DNA of 64,000 nt. It comes from Gammaproteobacteria bacterium (GTDB lineage: Bacteria > Pseudomonadota > Gammaproteobacteria > Poriferisulfidales > GCA-002705445). The notes below the pieces were generated by a model. It did no database searches. It was not told the origin of the DNA and saw only the letters and a program-made list of their open reading frames with translations. A program made the translations under genes and the position numbers. Every line of letters starts with the position of its first letter. Positions within the stretch are counted from its first letter, which is position 1. Below, one piece after another: positions 19,325 through 29,908 of this stretch. Location of the stretch: NCBI GenBank assembly GCA_018674175.1, contig JABHAT010000016.1:1463-65462 (forward strand), written 5' to 3'.

Positions 19325-19570
19325 TTACTGCTCTTTTAAACTCATAGTACGTATCATATCAGCAATTTCATTTACTGCAATGTCTTTTGAAGATATTTTA
19401 TTCAATAATAAATCGTAAATAACGGGGTCTTCTAGCGATAATAATTCTATAAATGCATTTTTTTGCTTATCGGAAGCAGTTTTATAATATTTACTGAAAA
19501 AACCAGACATTAATATATCAAGTTCTTTTGTTCCTCTTCTGCATTTCCAAATAACTTCTTTGTCATCCAT
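19325..19570 (-). CDS. sdhE: FAD assembly factor SdhE
   Basis: 81 aa. WKCRRGTKELDILM matches the SdhE RGxxE motif region. 1 nt downstream of sdhB. Confidence 0.8.
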   Translation of the reverse strand: MDDKEVIWKCRRGTKELDILMSGFFSKYYKTASDKQKNAFIELLSLEDPVIYDLLLNKISSKDIAVNEIADMIRTMSLKEQ

Positions 19571-19571
19571 C

Positions 19572-20357
19572 TTAAATTTTGTTAGAGACTATTAGAGATT
19601 TTATTTTTGCAATTTGTTTTGCGGGATTCAATCCTTTAGGGCATGAGTTAGTGCAATTCATTATTGTGTGACACTTATATAATTTAAAAGTATCTTCTAG
19701 CTTACCTAGTCTTTCTTTCTTTTTATTATCTCTTGAATCTGCTATCCATCTATACGCTTGCATTAATGTTGCGGGGCCTAAATATTTATCACTATTCCAC
19801 CAGTAACTTGGGCAGCTAGTCGAACAACATGCGCATAATATACATTCATCTGAACCATCAAGTTCTGCCAATTCTTCTTTTGATTGAAGTCTTTCGGAAG
19901 TTAAATCTTCTGGTTCATCAGCTTGTAACCATGGTTGTATAGACTCATATTGTCTATAGAAATCTGTCAAATCTGTTACTAAGTCTTTTAGTACAGGCAT
20001 ATGTGGTAATGGGTATATTTTTATATCGCCTTTGATCTCAGCTATACTTTTTGTGCAAGCTAAAGTATTTCTACCGTCAATATTCATAGAGCAAGAACCA
20101 CAGATACCTTCTCGACAAGATCTTCTAAACGTAATAGTCGTATCTATTTCGTTTTTAATTTTAATTAACGCATCTAAAATCATCGGTCCGCAATCAGACG
20201 TATCTATTTCGTATGTATCTACTCGAGGATTCTTTTCATCATCTGGATCGTATCTATAAATCTTAAGAACTTTAATATTTTTTTTATCTGCTGTTTCGCA
20301 TTTAAAATATTTTCCATTCCTTACTATAGAATTTAAAGGTAGTGTAAATTCAGCCAC
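19572..20357 (-). CDS. sdhB: Succinate dehydrogenase iron-sulfur subunit
   Basis: Three Cys clusters: [35 protein letters not shown]. Confidence 0.95.
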   Translation of the reverse strand: MAEFTLPLNSIVRNGKYFKCETADKKNIKVLKIYRYDPDDEKNPRVDTYEIDTSDCGPMILDALIKIKNEIDTTITFRRSCREGICGSCSMNIDGRNTLACTKSIAEIKGDIKIYPLPHMPVLKDLVTDLTDFYRQYESIQPWLQADEPEDLTSERLQSKEELAELDGSDECILCACCSTSCPSYWWNSDKYLGPATLMQAYRWIADSRDNKKKERLGKLEDTFKLYKCHTIMNCTNSCPKGLNPAKQIAKIKSLIVSNKI

Positions 20358-20359
20358 GA

Positions 20360-22147
20360 TTAATAAACTCTCTTTTTTGGTGGAACAGCTTCAACTTCAT
20401 CTGTTAAGGTTGTTAATATAACTTTTCTATAAGTGATGTCAACTGTACCAGTCTCATCAATTGATGCAATTGTATGTTTCATCCATTCCTTGTCATTTCT
20501 ATCTGGATAATCATCTCTAGCATGCGCCCCTCTAGATTCTTTTCTATTATATGCAGACTCTACAGAAGCAATACCTTGTGTTAATAAATTTTCTAACTCT
20601 AATGTCTCAAGTAGTTCAGTATTCCATTTTAAAGACTTATCATTAATATTTATATCAGAAAAATCTTTATAAATTGAATGTATACTTTTTCTTCCTTCCT
20701 CTAATGTTTTTTCGGTTCTAAAGACCGCAACACTGCTTTGCATTTCTTTTTGTAATCTTAATCTCAGATGAGAAGGTAAATTCACTCCTGATGAATATCT
20801 AGTTTTATCAAGCCTACCAACAATTTTATCTACAGAACTTTTATTAGGTTCAGAATGCTTGGCTCCTGGCTTAACTAATTTAGCGGCTTGTTTTGCAGCA
20901 GCCCTGCCAAAAACTATAAGGTCTAACAATGAATTAGATCCGAGTCTATTTGCACCATGAACAGAAACACAAGCTGTTTCTCCAATTGCCATTAGACCAG
21001 GGACTATTGGATCATTACCTTCACCTTTAGGGCTTAAGACTTCCCCAAGATAATTTGTTGGTATACCGCCCATGTTGTAATGAACTGTAGGTATTACAGG
21101 AATGGGTGTTTTTGTAACATCAACACCTGCAAATATTCTTGCTGACTCTGCTATACCAGGTAATTTTTCGTTAATAACGTCCTTTCCTAAATGCTCTAAA
21201 TGAAGCTCAATATGATCTTTTTCTTTACCTACGCCTCTTCCTTCATTTATCTCGATTGTCATAGATCTACTTACAACATCTCTTGATGCAAGATCTTTTG
21301 CATTTGGAGCATAACGCTCCATAAATCTTTCGCCATCAGAGTTAGTAAGATAACCGCCTTCTCCTCTTGAGCCTTCAGTTATCAAACATCCAGCACCATA
21401 TATACCTGTTGGGTGAAACTGAGTAAATTCCATATCTTGAAGAGGTATTCCTGCTCTTTGAGCCATACCACTCCCGTCACCAGTGCATGTGTGTGCTGAA
21501 GTTGCAGAGAAATATGCTCTACCATAACCTCCAGTAGCTAAAAGGGTCACATGTCCTTTAAATAAATGTAACTGCCCGCTCGCCAAGTCAATTGCAATAA
21601 CTCCTGTGCATTTACCATTATCCATTACAAGGTCTATGGCAAAATATTCAATAAAAAATTCGGCTTTGTACTTCAATGATTGTTGGTATAACGTATGAAG
21701 AATTGAATGCCCTGTTCTATCAGCTGCAGCACATGTTCTTTGTGCTATACCTTCTCCATAATGAGTAGTCATACCACCAAACGGTCTTTGATAAATTTTT
21801 CCTGCCTCTGTTCTTGAGAATGGAACACCGTAATGCTCTAATTCAATTACTGAGGGTATAGCCTCTCTGCACATATATTCAATGGCATCTTGATCACCTA
21901 ACCAATCAGAGCCTTTAATTGTATCGTACATATGCCAGCGCCAATCATCTTCACCCATATTACCAAGAGCTGCACTCATTCCACCTTGCGCAGCAACCGT
22001 ATGACTTCTTGTTGGAAATACTTTTGTTATACAGGCTGTTTTAAGACCTTCTGTCGCCATTCCGAGAGTTGCTCTTAAACCTGCTCCACCAGCACCAACA
22101 ACTATAACGTCGTATTCATGGGTTATCATCTCATAATCTTTATTCAT
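20360..22147 (-). CDS. sdhA: Succinate dehydrogenase flavoprotein subunit
   Basis: 595 aa. [13 protein letters not shown] and [10 protein letters not shown] (covalent-FAD His region). Confidence 0.95.
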   Translation of the reverse strand: MNKDYEMITHEYDVIVVGAGGAGLRATLGMATEGLKTACITKVFPTRSHTVAAQGGMSAALGNMGEDDWRWHMYDTIKGSDWLGDQDAIEYMCREAIPSVIELEHYGVPFSRTEAGKIYQRPFGGMTTHYGEGIAQRTCAAADRTGHSILHTLYQQSLKYKAEFFIEYFAIDLVMDNGKCTGVIAIDLASGQLHLFKGHVTLLATGGYGRAYFSATSAHTCTGDGSGMAQRAGIPLQDMEFTQFHPTGIYGAGCLITEGSRGEGGYLTNSDGERFMERYAPNAKDLASRDVVSRSMTIEINEGRGVGKEKDHIELHLEHLGKDVINEKLPGIAESARIFAGVDVTKTPIPVIPTVHYNMGGIPTNYLGEVLSPKGEGNDPIVPGLMAIGETACVSVHGANRLGSNSLLDLIVFGRAAAKQAAKLVKPGAKHSEPNKSSVDKIVGRLDKTRYSSGVNLPSHLRLRLQKEMQSSVAVFRTEKTLEEGRKSIHSIYKDFSDININDKSLKWNTELLETLELENLLTQGIASVESAYNRKESRGAHARDDYPDRNDKEWMKHTIASIDETGTVDITYRKVILTTLTDEVEAVPPKKRVY

Positions 22148-22153
22148 TTAAAA

Positions 22154-22507
22154 TTAGACTCCAAAATATATTTTAGCAATTGCAATTAAACCTAAAAGCA
22201 TCAAGAGATAGTAGACGAAATTTACAAGTTTAATATAAAAATCTCTAAACTTTATAGTAGAAATATAATCCTCTAAGATAACTTGGACTCCAAGCTGAAA
22301 ATGTCGTGCTGATATTATAATTAAAATTGAAAGTAAAATGTAATTTTGGGTTCTGCCAACCCAAAGTATCATGTTTTCATGCGTGATCTCTGGCACAAGA
22401 CTTAGAGAAAAAGCCATCCAAATAACAAGCGGGAAAAAAAGAATTGCGGTAAATCTATGGTATAACCAATGATTTTTTCCATGTAGAACTTTTAGCAACA
22501 ACTTCAA
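22154..22507 (-). CDS. sdhD: Succinate dehydrogenase membrane anchor subunit
   Basis: 117 aa, 3 TM, located between sdhC and sdhA. Confidence 0.8.
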   Translation of the reverse strand: MKLLLKVLHGKNHWLYHRFTAILFFPLVIWMAFSLSLVPEITHENMILWVGRTQNYILLSILIIISARHFQLGVQVILEDYISTIKFRDFYIKLVNFVYYLLMLLGLIAIAKIYFGV

Positions 22508-22524
22508 TTCTCCTATTACTTGTT

Positions 22525-22920
22525 TTATAGCAAATATATCAAGACCGTAATAACTGTCATTAGTGCTGCAGCTGCCAACACTATGAAGGACGATATTAAT
22601 GGTGTGTTACCATTAAAACCGTAGCCAAAATCCCAAAAAAGATGCCTGACCTCATTTGAAATGTAAAGATACAAGGAAAATATCCAAAGGCTAGTTAAAA
22701 TTTTACCAAAAATACTTGTAAATATTATATAGCTTATATTATAGATTCCACTACCTGATGCAATCGAAATTAAGAACATTATAAATAATGTATAAGCCAA
22801 GGCATTTACTACAAAACAAACTCTACTTGATATTGACACAAGCGCGACAAGGGGTAACCTGTATACTTGTAGATGCGGTGATAGCGGAACTTTTGATAGT
22901 GACATTTTTCTCCCAATCAT
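22525..22920 (-). CDS. sdhC: Succinate dehydrogenase cytochrome b556 subunit
   Basis: 131 aa, 3 TM, PLSPHLQVYR N-terminal motif. First gene of the operon. The true start may be the Met at codon 6. Confidence 0.85.
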   Translation of the reverse strand: MIGRKMSLSKVPLSPHLQVYRLPLVALVSISSRVCFVVNALAYTLFIMFLISIASGSGIYNISYIIFTSIFGKILTSLWIFSLYLYISNEVRHLFWDFGYGFNGNTPLISSFIVLAAAALMTVITVLIYLL

Positions 22921-22948
22921 AAATAATTAAATATTACTAAAGGACAAT

Positions 22949-23941
22949 ATGATAAACGATTTTTTCAAAAAATTCCTCACAAATAATCATATTATTGATG
23001 ATTATGGCCTTAAATATAACCATAATTATAAAAACGAGATAGATAAAATTAATAATGAATTTTCTGCATCTCTTTTAAATAATAAAGTTTTAATAAAATG
23101 TAATGGTGCAGATGCAGAAAATTTTCTAAATACGCAATTCACAAACGATATAAAAAACTTAAATAAAGAACAAATAATTTTATCTGGTTACTGTAATCCG
23201 AAAGGAAGACTAATATCTATTTTTTATATTTTTCAAATAGATAAGAATTATTACTTATATACAACATTAGATTCAAAAGAACTACTCTTGAAGAAACTTA
23301 ATATGTATAAAATGATGTCAAAAGTTGAATTCACGGTTTTAGACGAAGTATTAGTAGGTATTACTAATGCAAAAGAACATAGTAAATTCAATGAACTTAC
23401 CAAAGACAGTAAAAAAGTAAATAAAATTGGCAACACTATAGTATTTAGGCCTTCTGAGAATCAAATAATTATCTCATCAAGTATAAAAGATATTGAAAAA
23501 ATAATAGATGAAAATGAAATTAATATATTGGGCTACAAGTCTTGGGATTATTTAGATATTAAAAACCTTGTACCCTTTCTTAACGAATCAAACATCGAAT
23601 CTTTCACACCACAAATGGTTTCTCTGGATTTACTTGATGGTGTTTCGTTTACAAAAGGCTGTTACCCAGGTCAAGAAATTGTTGCTAGAACCCATTACCT
23701 AGGTGAAGCAAAAAAATCATTATTTAATGCTAATATAAAAACAAAAGACGAGCTTAGTATTTTAAGCAAGATTACCAATAAAAATAATAAGGGAGCTGGT
23801 GACATTATAAACCTTGCAAGAACCGAAGATTCTTCATATTCATGCTTGAGCGTGCTTAGAAAAGAATTTGTTGATGATGAATTACTAATAAATGAGAAAG
23901 ATATTTTAAATGTTATAAGCGGGGTTAGTGATAATGGTTAA
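22949..23941 (+). CDS. ygfZ: Folate-binding Fe-S cluster maintenance protein YgfZ
   Basis: 330 aa. Diagnostic KGCYPGQEIVARTHYLG motif. Confidence 0.8.
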   Translation: MINDFFKKFLTNNHIIDDYGLKYNHNYKNEIDKINNEFSASLLNNKVLIKCNGADAENFLNTQFTNDIKNLNKEQIILSGYCNPKGRLISIFYIFQIDKNYYLYTTLDSKELLLKKLNMYKMMSKVEFTVLDEVLVGITNAKEHSKFNELTKDSKKVNKIGNTIVFRPSENQIIISSSIKDIEKIIDENEINILGYKSWDYLDIKNLVPFLNESNIESFTPQMVSLDLLDGVSFTKGCYPGQEIVARTHYLGEAKKSLFNANIKTKDELSILSKITNKNNKGAGDIINLARTEDSSYSCLSVLRKEFVDDELLINEKDILNVISGVSDNG

Positions 23942-24080
23942 ATACTTAATTATCTCTATAGTAATTTTCTTATTGTACTTTCTTTATAAAAATCAAAAGA
24001 AAAAAGAGATGATGATCCCGCTAATAATTTTATTGTTAATATTTCTATTGATTATTATTTTAGCTTTTTCTGGCTACTAA
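23934..24080 (+). CDS. Possible 48-aa two-TM micro-protein
   Basis: Below the ORF-track cutoff. ATG overlaps the ygfZ stop (ATGGTTAA). Translates as MVKYLIISIVIFLLYFLYKNQKKKEMMIPLIILLLIFLLIIILAFSGY, i.e. two hydrophobic helices split by a KKK loop. In AT-rich DNA such ORFs can arise by chance. Confidence 0.3.
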   Translation: MVKYLIISIVIFLLYFLYKNQKKKEMMIPLIILLLIFLLIIILAFSGY

Positions 24081-24091
24081 TTTTTAACTAT

Positions 24092-25570
24092 CTATCTCAT
24101 TAGAGGAAAAAGTAAAACATCTCTTATAGATGGTGAGTCAGTTAATATCATTACTAACCTATCAATTCCAATACCTTCTCCAGCTGTAGGTGGCATTCCA
24201 TATTCTAAAGCCTCGATATAATCCTCATCAAAATACATAGCTTCATCATTACCACTATCTTTAAGCTTAACCTGATCCTCGAATCTTTTACTTTGATCAT
24301 CAGGGTCGTTTAACTCCGAAAATCCATTTGCTATTTCTTTACCCATAATGAAGAATTCAAATCTATCAGCAATAAGAGGATTATCATTATTTACTCTTGC
24401 TAGAGGTGATACCTCAATTGGATATTCGGTAATAAATGTTGGGTCAACTAGATTTGGCTCGACAATTTTTTCAAAAATTGCAAAGTGAATTTCGCCTAAA
24501 GAGCTATAATTACTCACATCAAGCTTTATAGAATTACAAAAATTAATGAGCTTATCTTTATTATCAATTGATTCTTTGTCAATATCATTTGAATACTCAA
24601 TTATAGAATCTTTTAGCGTGACTCTTTTAAATGGCTTACCAAAATCTATTTCATGCTTTTGATAAGATACTATCTCTTTTCCTTTAACGTTTTTTACGAC
24701 ATATTTTAATAGTTTTTCTGTCATATTCATCATGTCCAAATAGTCTGCATAAGTATGATAAAACTCAATCATTGTAAATTCTGGATTATGCTTAGAAGAA
24801 ACACCTTCGTTTCTAAAATTTCTATTAATTTCATATATTTTTTCAAAACCCCCAACTATTAGCCTTTTAAGATATAGCTCAGGAGCTATGCGCATATAAA
24901 GATCCATGTCTAAAGTATTATGATGAGTAATGAAAGGTCTGGCTGTTGCTCCACCAGGTATCTTTTGCATCATAGGTGTTTCAACTTCAATAAAATCCTG
25001 ATCATCAAAAAATTTTCTAATATACTTAATAATTTTAAATCTTTCGTTAAATGTTTTCCACGTATCTTCATTGCATATTAAATCAAGATATCTTTTTCTA
25101 TATTTAGTTTCTTGGTCAGAGAGACCATGAAACTTTTCTGGAAGCGGTCTAAGAGATTTTGTAATGATTTTAAAGTCATCGCAGTTTAAAGTAAGTTCTT
25201 CCGTCTTTGTTTTAAACAGAAAGCCTTTTATATAAATGATGTCACCAATATCTGAATTTTTAAATACTTTAAACGTATCTTCATCTAGTTTTTTCTTATC
25301 AATAAAAAATTGAAGTACTCCAGTCTCATCTTTAATATTTGCAAAGCTTGATCTGCCCATAATTCTTTTTGACATCATTCTTCCCATAACAACAAATGAC
25401 ATTTTTTCATTATCAATAGTATTATCTTCAAAAGAGAGTTTTTTAATATCTTGACAACTAGTATTCCCTTTGTAGTTATTTAGATAATTATTTCCAGACT
25501 CTTTCAATATATCTAGTTTTTTTCTTCTTTCTAAAATTAATCTATGCGACTCTTTTACATTATCATCCAT
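24092..25570 (-). CDS. lysS: Lysyl-tRNA synthetase (class II)
   Basis: 492 aa. FRNEG and GIGIDRLVMIL motifs. Its start overlaps the prfB stop, as in the enterobacterial prfB-lysS operon. Confidence 0.95.
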   Translation of the reverse strand: MDDNVKESHRLILERRKKLDILKESGNNYLNNYKGNTSCQDIKKLSFEDNTIDNEKMSFVVMGRMMSKRIMGRSSFANIKDETGVLQFFIDKKKLDEDTFKVFKNSDIGDIIYIKGFLFKTKTEELTLNCDDFKIITKSLRPLPEKFHGLSDQETKYRKRYLDLICNEDTWKTFNERFKIIKYIRKFFDDQDFIEVETPMMQKIPGGATARPFITHHNTLDMDLYMRIAPELYLKRLIVGGFEKIYEINRNFRNEGVSSKHNPEFTMIEFYHTYADYLDMMNMTEKLLKYVVKNVKGKEIVSYQKHEIDFGKPFKRVTLKDSIIEYSNDIDKESIDNKDKLINFCNSIKLDVSNYSSLGEIHFAIFEKIVEPNLVDPTFITEYPIEVSPLARVNNDNPLIADRFEFFIMGKEIANGFSELNDPDDQSKRFEDQVKLKDSGNDEAMYFDEDYIEALEYGMPPTAGEGIGIDRLVMILTDSPSIRDVLLFPLMR

Positions 25571-26674
25571 TATTTTTCACCCATTTTTAAACTTGCCTCA
25601 ATAAACAAATTAATATTACCATCTAAAACTGATTGAGTATTGCTTGTTTCGATATTTGTTCTCAAATCTTTAATTCTTGATTGATCTAAGACGTAAGATC
25701 GTATTTGACTTCCCCATCCAATATCTGCTTTTTCATTTTCTATATTATCTTGTTGGCTTCTCTTTTTCTGAATCTCTATTTCATATAGCTTAGCTTTTAA
25801 CTGCTTCATTGCTGTATCTTTATTTTTATGCTGCGACCTTCCATTTTGACACTGAGTTACGACTCCTGATTTTAAATGAGTTATTCTAACTGCAGATTCT
25901 GTTTTATTCACGTGTTGACCGCCTGCTCCAGATGCCCTATAAACATCTATCCTTAAATCACTTGGGTCAATCTCTATCTCTATATTGTCGTCAATTTCTG
26001 GCGATACAAAGATTGAAGCAAAGGAAGTGTGTCTTCTACTTCCTGAGTCAAAAGGTGATTTTCTTACAAGCCTGTGAACCCCTGTTTCTGTTTTTAGCCA
26101 TCCAAAAGCATATTGACCATTAAACTTTAATGTTGCACTTTTTATTCCAGCGACTTCTCCACTTGTTAAATTTATTGTTTCAACTTCAAAGCCTTGTTTT
26201 TCTCCCCATCTGATATACATTCTTAAAAGCATTTCAGCCCAATCCTGAGCCTCAGTACCTCCAGAACCTGATTGAACATCCAAAAATGCATTGCATGTAT
26301 CAGACTTACCTTTAAAAATCTGTAAAAACGATAATTTTTCCACCATTAAATCTATTCTTTTTATCTCATCTGACAAATATTTTTCTAGATCGCTAGATTG
26401 ATCATCATCATAAAGTTCCTTAAATTCTCTTAACTGAAGAAAATCTGATGAAATAATTGAGAATTCACTGAGTTTTTTTTCTATAGAGGCCTTTTCTTTT
26501 GATATGTTAAGTGATTTTTCTCTATCTGACCAAATTTTTTCATCCTGAAGATCTTTATCTAACTTAATAATCTCTTTCTTTATATTATCAATGTCAAAGA
26601 AACCTCCCAATTTCTTCAATATTTTTTTCAATTTCCATTATTTGCGACTCAAAGTCATTATCACTCTTGGCCAT
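25570..26674 (-). CDS. prfB: Peptide chain release factor 2 (requires +1 programmed frameshift)
   Basis: Frame 0 runs from the ATG at 26672-26674 (MAKSDNDFESQIMEIEKNIEEIGRFL) to an in-frame TGA at 26594-26596. The +1 frame continues DIDNIKKE... through the SPF and GGQ (SGAGGQHVN) motifs. The ORF-track entry 25570..26631 is the +1-frame part. Confidence 0.9.
26593..26608 (-). promoter_or_regulatory. prfB +1 ribosomal frameshift site
   Basis: The minus strand reads GGGAGG TTT CTT TGA C. That is an internal Shine-Dalgarno-like element 3 nt upstream of the slippery CTT, then TGA followed by C, the canonical autoregulatory RF2 site. Confidence 0.9.
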
Positions 26675-26678
26675 TACT

Positions 26679-27935
26679 TTACCTTATGTTTCCGTTTCCA
26701 ATAACTATAAATTTCTCATTTGTTAAGCCTTTTATACCAACTGGACCTCTCGCATGAAGTTTATTTGTACTAATGCCAATTTCTGCACCTAAGCCATATT
26801 CGTAACCATCTGCAAACCTAGACGAGGCATTATGCATTACAGAGCTTGAATCTACATTTCTAAGAAACATAGCTGCTGTTTCTTTATTTTCTGTAACTAT
26901 TACATCTGTATGTCCTGATCCATATTTAGATATATGATTAATAGCTTCGGAACATTCGCTTACGACTATGATAGATAAAATTGAATCCAGGTATTCTGTA
27001 CTCCAGTCTGTCTCAGAAGCCAAATTAATTTCATTTAATATATTTTTTGTTTTATCACATCCTCTAATTTCAACATTATAAGATTTTAATTTTTTCTCTA
27101 GTAAAGGTAAAAATTCATCAGCAATATTTTTATCAACTATTAATGTTTCCATCGCATTGCAAACCCCCGTCCTTTGTGTTTTAGAGTTAACGGCAATTTT
27201 TATAGCTTTTTTAATATCAGCATCACGATCTATAAAAACATGACAAATACCATCCAGATGTTTCAAGACCGGAATAGAAGACAAATCATCAACCAGTTTA
27301 ATTAAATTTTTACCACCTCTTGGTATAACAATATCAATATAATTATTTTGCTTTAATAGCTCATTTACAATATCCCTATCTGTATTATCAATTAATTGAA
27401 CAACATTCACATTCCTATTATTTTTAAGTAGAGCATTTTTTATACATTCTGCCAAAACTATATTTGTAAAAATTGATTCAGATCCACCTCTTAATATAAT
27501 TGAATTTCCAGATTTAATGCACAGCGCAGAAGCATCAATTGTTACATTAGGTCTTGATTCATAAATCATTGCAATTACACCTAGTGGCATAGACATTTTA
27601 CCAACTTTAATACCACTCGGCATTTCCTTAATACTATTAATTTCTCCAACCGGATCTTTAAATTGAATAATTTCTTTAATGCTACTTATCATGGAGTCAA
27701 TCCTACTATCATTAATAAGCAACCTATCAACAAATGCATCATTAAAATTATTCGAAGATTTAAGATTATCTAAATCTTTTGAATTAGATTTTTTTATGTC
27801 ATTTCTACTCAAATTAATTTCTTCAACTAAAGATAATAGAATTAAATTCTTTTCTCCCTCAGTTAAGCAAGAAATTTCTTGCGAAGATAATTTCGCATTC
27901 ACGCATATATTATTAACATAGTCTTTTATTTTCAT
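26679..27935 (-). CDS. proA: Gamma-glutamyl phosphate reductase
   Basis: 418 aa. Aldehyde-dehydrogenase fold with catalytic Cys context VCNAMETLIV and SRPNV. Confidence 0.9.
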   Translation of the reverse strand: MKIKDYVNNICVNAKLSSQEISCLTEGEKNLILLSLVEEINLSRNDIKKSNSKDLDNLKSSNNFNDAFVDRLLINDSRIDSMISSIKEIIQFKDPVGEINSIKEMPSGIKVGKMSMPLGVIAMIYESRPNVTIDASALCIKSGNSIILRGGSESIFTNIVLAECIKNALLKNNRNVNVVQLIDNTDRDIVNELLKQNNYIDIVIPRGGKNLIKLVDDLSSIPVLKHLDGICHVFIDRDADIKKAIKIAVNSKTQRTGVCNAMETLIVDKNIADEFLPLLEKKLKSYNVEIRGCDKTKNILNEINLASETDWSTEYLDSILSIIVVSECSEAINHISKYGSGHTDVIVTENKETAAMFLRNVDSSSVMHNASSRFADGYEYGLGAEIGISTNKLHARGPVGIKGLTNEKFIVIGNGNIR

Positions 27936-27947
27936 ATATATATTATA

Positions 27948-28976
27948 TTAAGTATATTTAATAACTGAAAGTCTATTTTTTGCTACAGAAACAGATAAGT
28001 CATAGATGGAATCCCAAATATTTCCCCCAAGGACATTTTTAGATTGCATGTCTAGTCTAACTAAAATTCCAAGGTATGATTCAATTTTATTAGGCGATAA
28101 TTTAGTTAATGAGTAAGCCATTAAATTTTTTCTTTCATAAGGCCATATTGATCTAAGTATGTCATCTTTTGATTTTCCATCTTTGATAGCGTCAAGATTA
28201 AATAGTATTGATCTAAAAGATCTTATAAATGACCAGATAATATATTGCGTTGGATAACTATTTTGTTTTAAAAAATTTATACAAGTTTGTATTTTATCTA
28301 AATTTCCTTCAATTGAATAATCCACTAGATTGCTAGCCTCAAAATCAACGTCTTTAGAAAACACCTTCTTTAAGAAATCTAAATTAACTTCTTCATCTTT
28401 ACCTATCATTAAATCAATTTTTATTAACGCCTGATTAGCAGACACCATATTACCTTCATAAATGTCGGCAATAAAATTAATACAATTTGAATTAATTTTA
28501 TATTTATATTTTTGGACAATAGAGTTAAGTTCAACAATCATAGTTTTTTTGGTTATAGGATATAGTCGAATCAAACCAACATCTTCATTCTTACTTCCTA
28601 AATATTTTTTTCTAAAATCTGCTGCCTTTAACTCAGGAAGTCTAAATATCAATATATTCTGGTCATCATAATTACTTATGCATTCTAGAATTTTTTTTTC
28701 AGCAGGAGCTCCAACAGTTTTTGTTAAAAACCTAATTTCTATAATTTTTTTTTCACTAAACAATGATAAATTAGAATTTAGGGAATCAAAACTACTCCAG
28801 TCAAATGTCTTTTCGACATACATTACATCGTGTTCTGTATAATCATTAGTATGAGCTACTCTAATTATTTTTTCCACGCATGCTTCTTCTTGATATACTT
28901 CGTTTCCAGCAATAATATATATTGGTTTTAAATTTTCACTTAGCTGTTTATCTAATTGATTGTAATATATTTGCAT
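27948..28976 (-). CDS. holA: DNA polymerase III delta subunit
   Basis: 342 aa. N-terminal LKPIYIIAGNEVYQ pattern. Size and position (near lptE/leuS) fit holA. Confidence 0.75.
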   Translation of the reverse strand: MQIYYNQLDKQLSENLKPIYIIAGNEVYQEEACVEKIIRVAHTNDYTEHDVMYVEKTFDWSSFDSLNSNLSLFSEKKIIEIRFLTKTVGAPAEKKILECISNYDDQNILIFRLPELKAADFRKKYLGSKNEDVGLIRLYPITKKTMIVELNSIVQKYKYKINSNCINFIADIYEGNMVSANQALIKIDLMIGKDEEVNLDFLKKVFSKDVDFEASNLVDYSIEGNLDKIQTCINFLKQNSYPTQYIIWSFIRSFRSILFNLDAIKDGKSKDDILRSIWPYERKNLMAYSLTKLSPNKIESYLGILVRLDMQSKNVLGGNIWDSIYDLSVSVAKNRLSVIKYT

Positions 28977-29023
28977 TTTAATTATATTAACCTATAAAAC
29001 CTAAAACTAGAATTATTTTATAC

Positions 29024-29908
29024 ATGATTAAAAAAAAGCTTAAAATTGGAGTTATTGGTACTGGTATAATTGGCCTTCCAATAGCTAAAAACCTCATAAA
29101 AAATAAATATGAAGTGTATGCGTTTGCAAGAGATAAAAAGAAACATCATAAACTCATAAGTAGTGACATAAAAATCTCTAAAACCCTTGAGGAATTATTT
29201 AGCACAATTGATATATTAATACTTGCTGTTTCAGAGACTAAAGATGTAAAAGAAATTCTGGTTGGTAGAAACGGATTAAAGAGTTTTTTAAATAAACCGT
29301 CTGTAGTTATTGATATGAGTACAATCTGCCCTATTGAGACCATAAGCATGTCTAAAATTCTTTCTAAAACTAATACTATTCTTATAGATGCGCCAGTGTC
29401 TGGTGGCGAAATAGGAGCTATTAAAGGAGAATTATCAATTATGATTGGTGGTAACAAACCTACAGTTAAAACATTAATGCCAATATTTGAAATTTTGGGT
29501 AATAAAATAACTCATGTAGGAGAAAGTGGTTCAGGTCAGGTTGCTAAAGCATGCAATCAAATAATAGTTGCGCAAACTATAAATGCAGTTTCTGAAGCAT
29601 TTTTGATAGCTGATAGATTTAAAGTTAATAAGAGCAAAATTCGCGATGCATTGCTAGGAGGTTTTGCGAATAGTAAAATTTTAGAGGTCCATGGTGATAG
29701 AATGCTTAAAAATTCTTACGCACCAGGTTTTAAGACGAAACTTCATGCTAAAGATTTAAGAATTGCGCACAATATAGCTATTAAAAAAAATCTTAAGCTA
29801 AGTGGTCTTAATCTTGTAAATAAATATATGGCTATTTGTAATAAAGATGGCAATAGTGAGAAGGATTCTTCCGCTTATTATAAGACAATAAAAAGGAAAA
29901 ATGATTAA
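29024..29908 (+). CDS. NAD(P)-dependent 3-hydroxyacid dehydrogenase (HIBADH/tartronate semialdehyde reductase family)
   Basis: 294 aa. IGVIGTGIIGLPIA Rossmann motif, DAPVSGG, GSGQVAKACNQ. Confidence 0.8.
   Translation: MIKKKLKIGVIGTGIIGLPIAKNLIKNKYEVYAFARDKKKHHKLISSDIKISKTLEELFSTIDILILAVSETKDVKEILVGRNGLKSFLNKPSVVIDMSTICPIETISMSKILSKTNTILIDAPVSGGEIGAIKGELSIMIGGNKPTVKTLMPIFEILGNKITHVGESGSGQVAKACNQIIVAQTINAVSEAFLIADRFKVNKSKIRDALLGGFANSKILEVHGDRMLKNSYAPGFKTKLHAKDLRIAHNIAIKKNLKLSGLNLVNKYMAICNKDGNSEKDSSAYYKTIKRKND

Noticed and set aside
20139-20212. A 14-nt direct repeat CGTATCTATTTCGT at 20139-20152 and 20199-20212.
   Set aside because: Both copies lie inside sdhB and encode the recurring peptide EIDT in the same frame. 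This is coincidental coding repetition, not a regulatory or mobile repeat.
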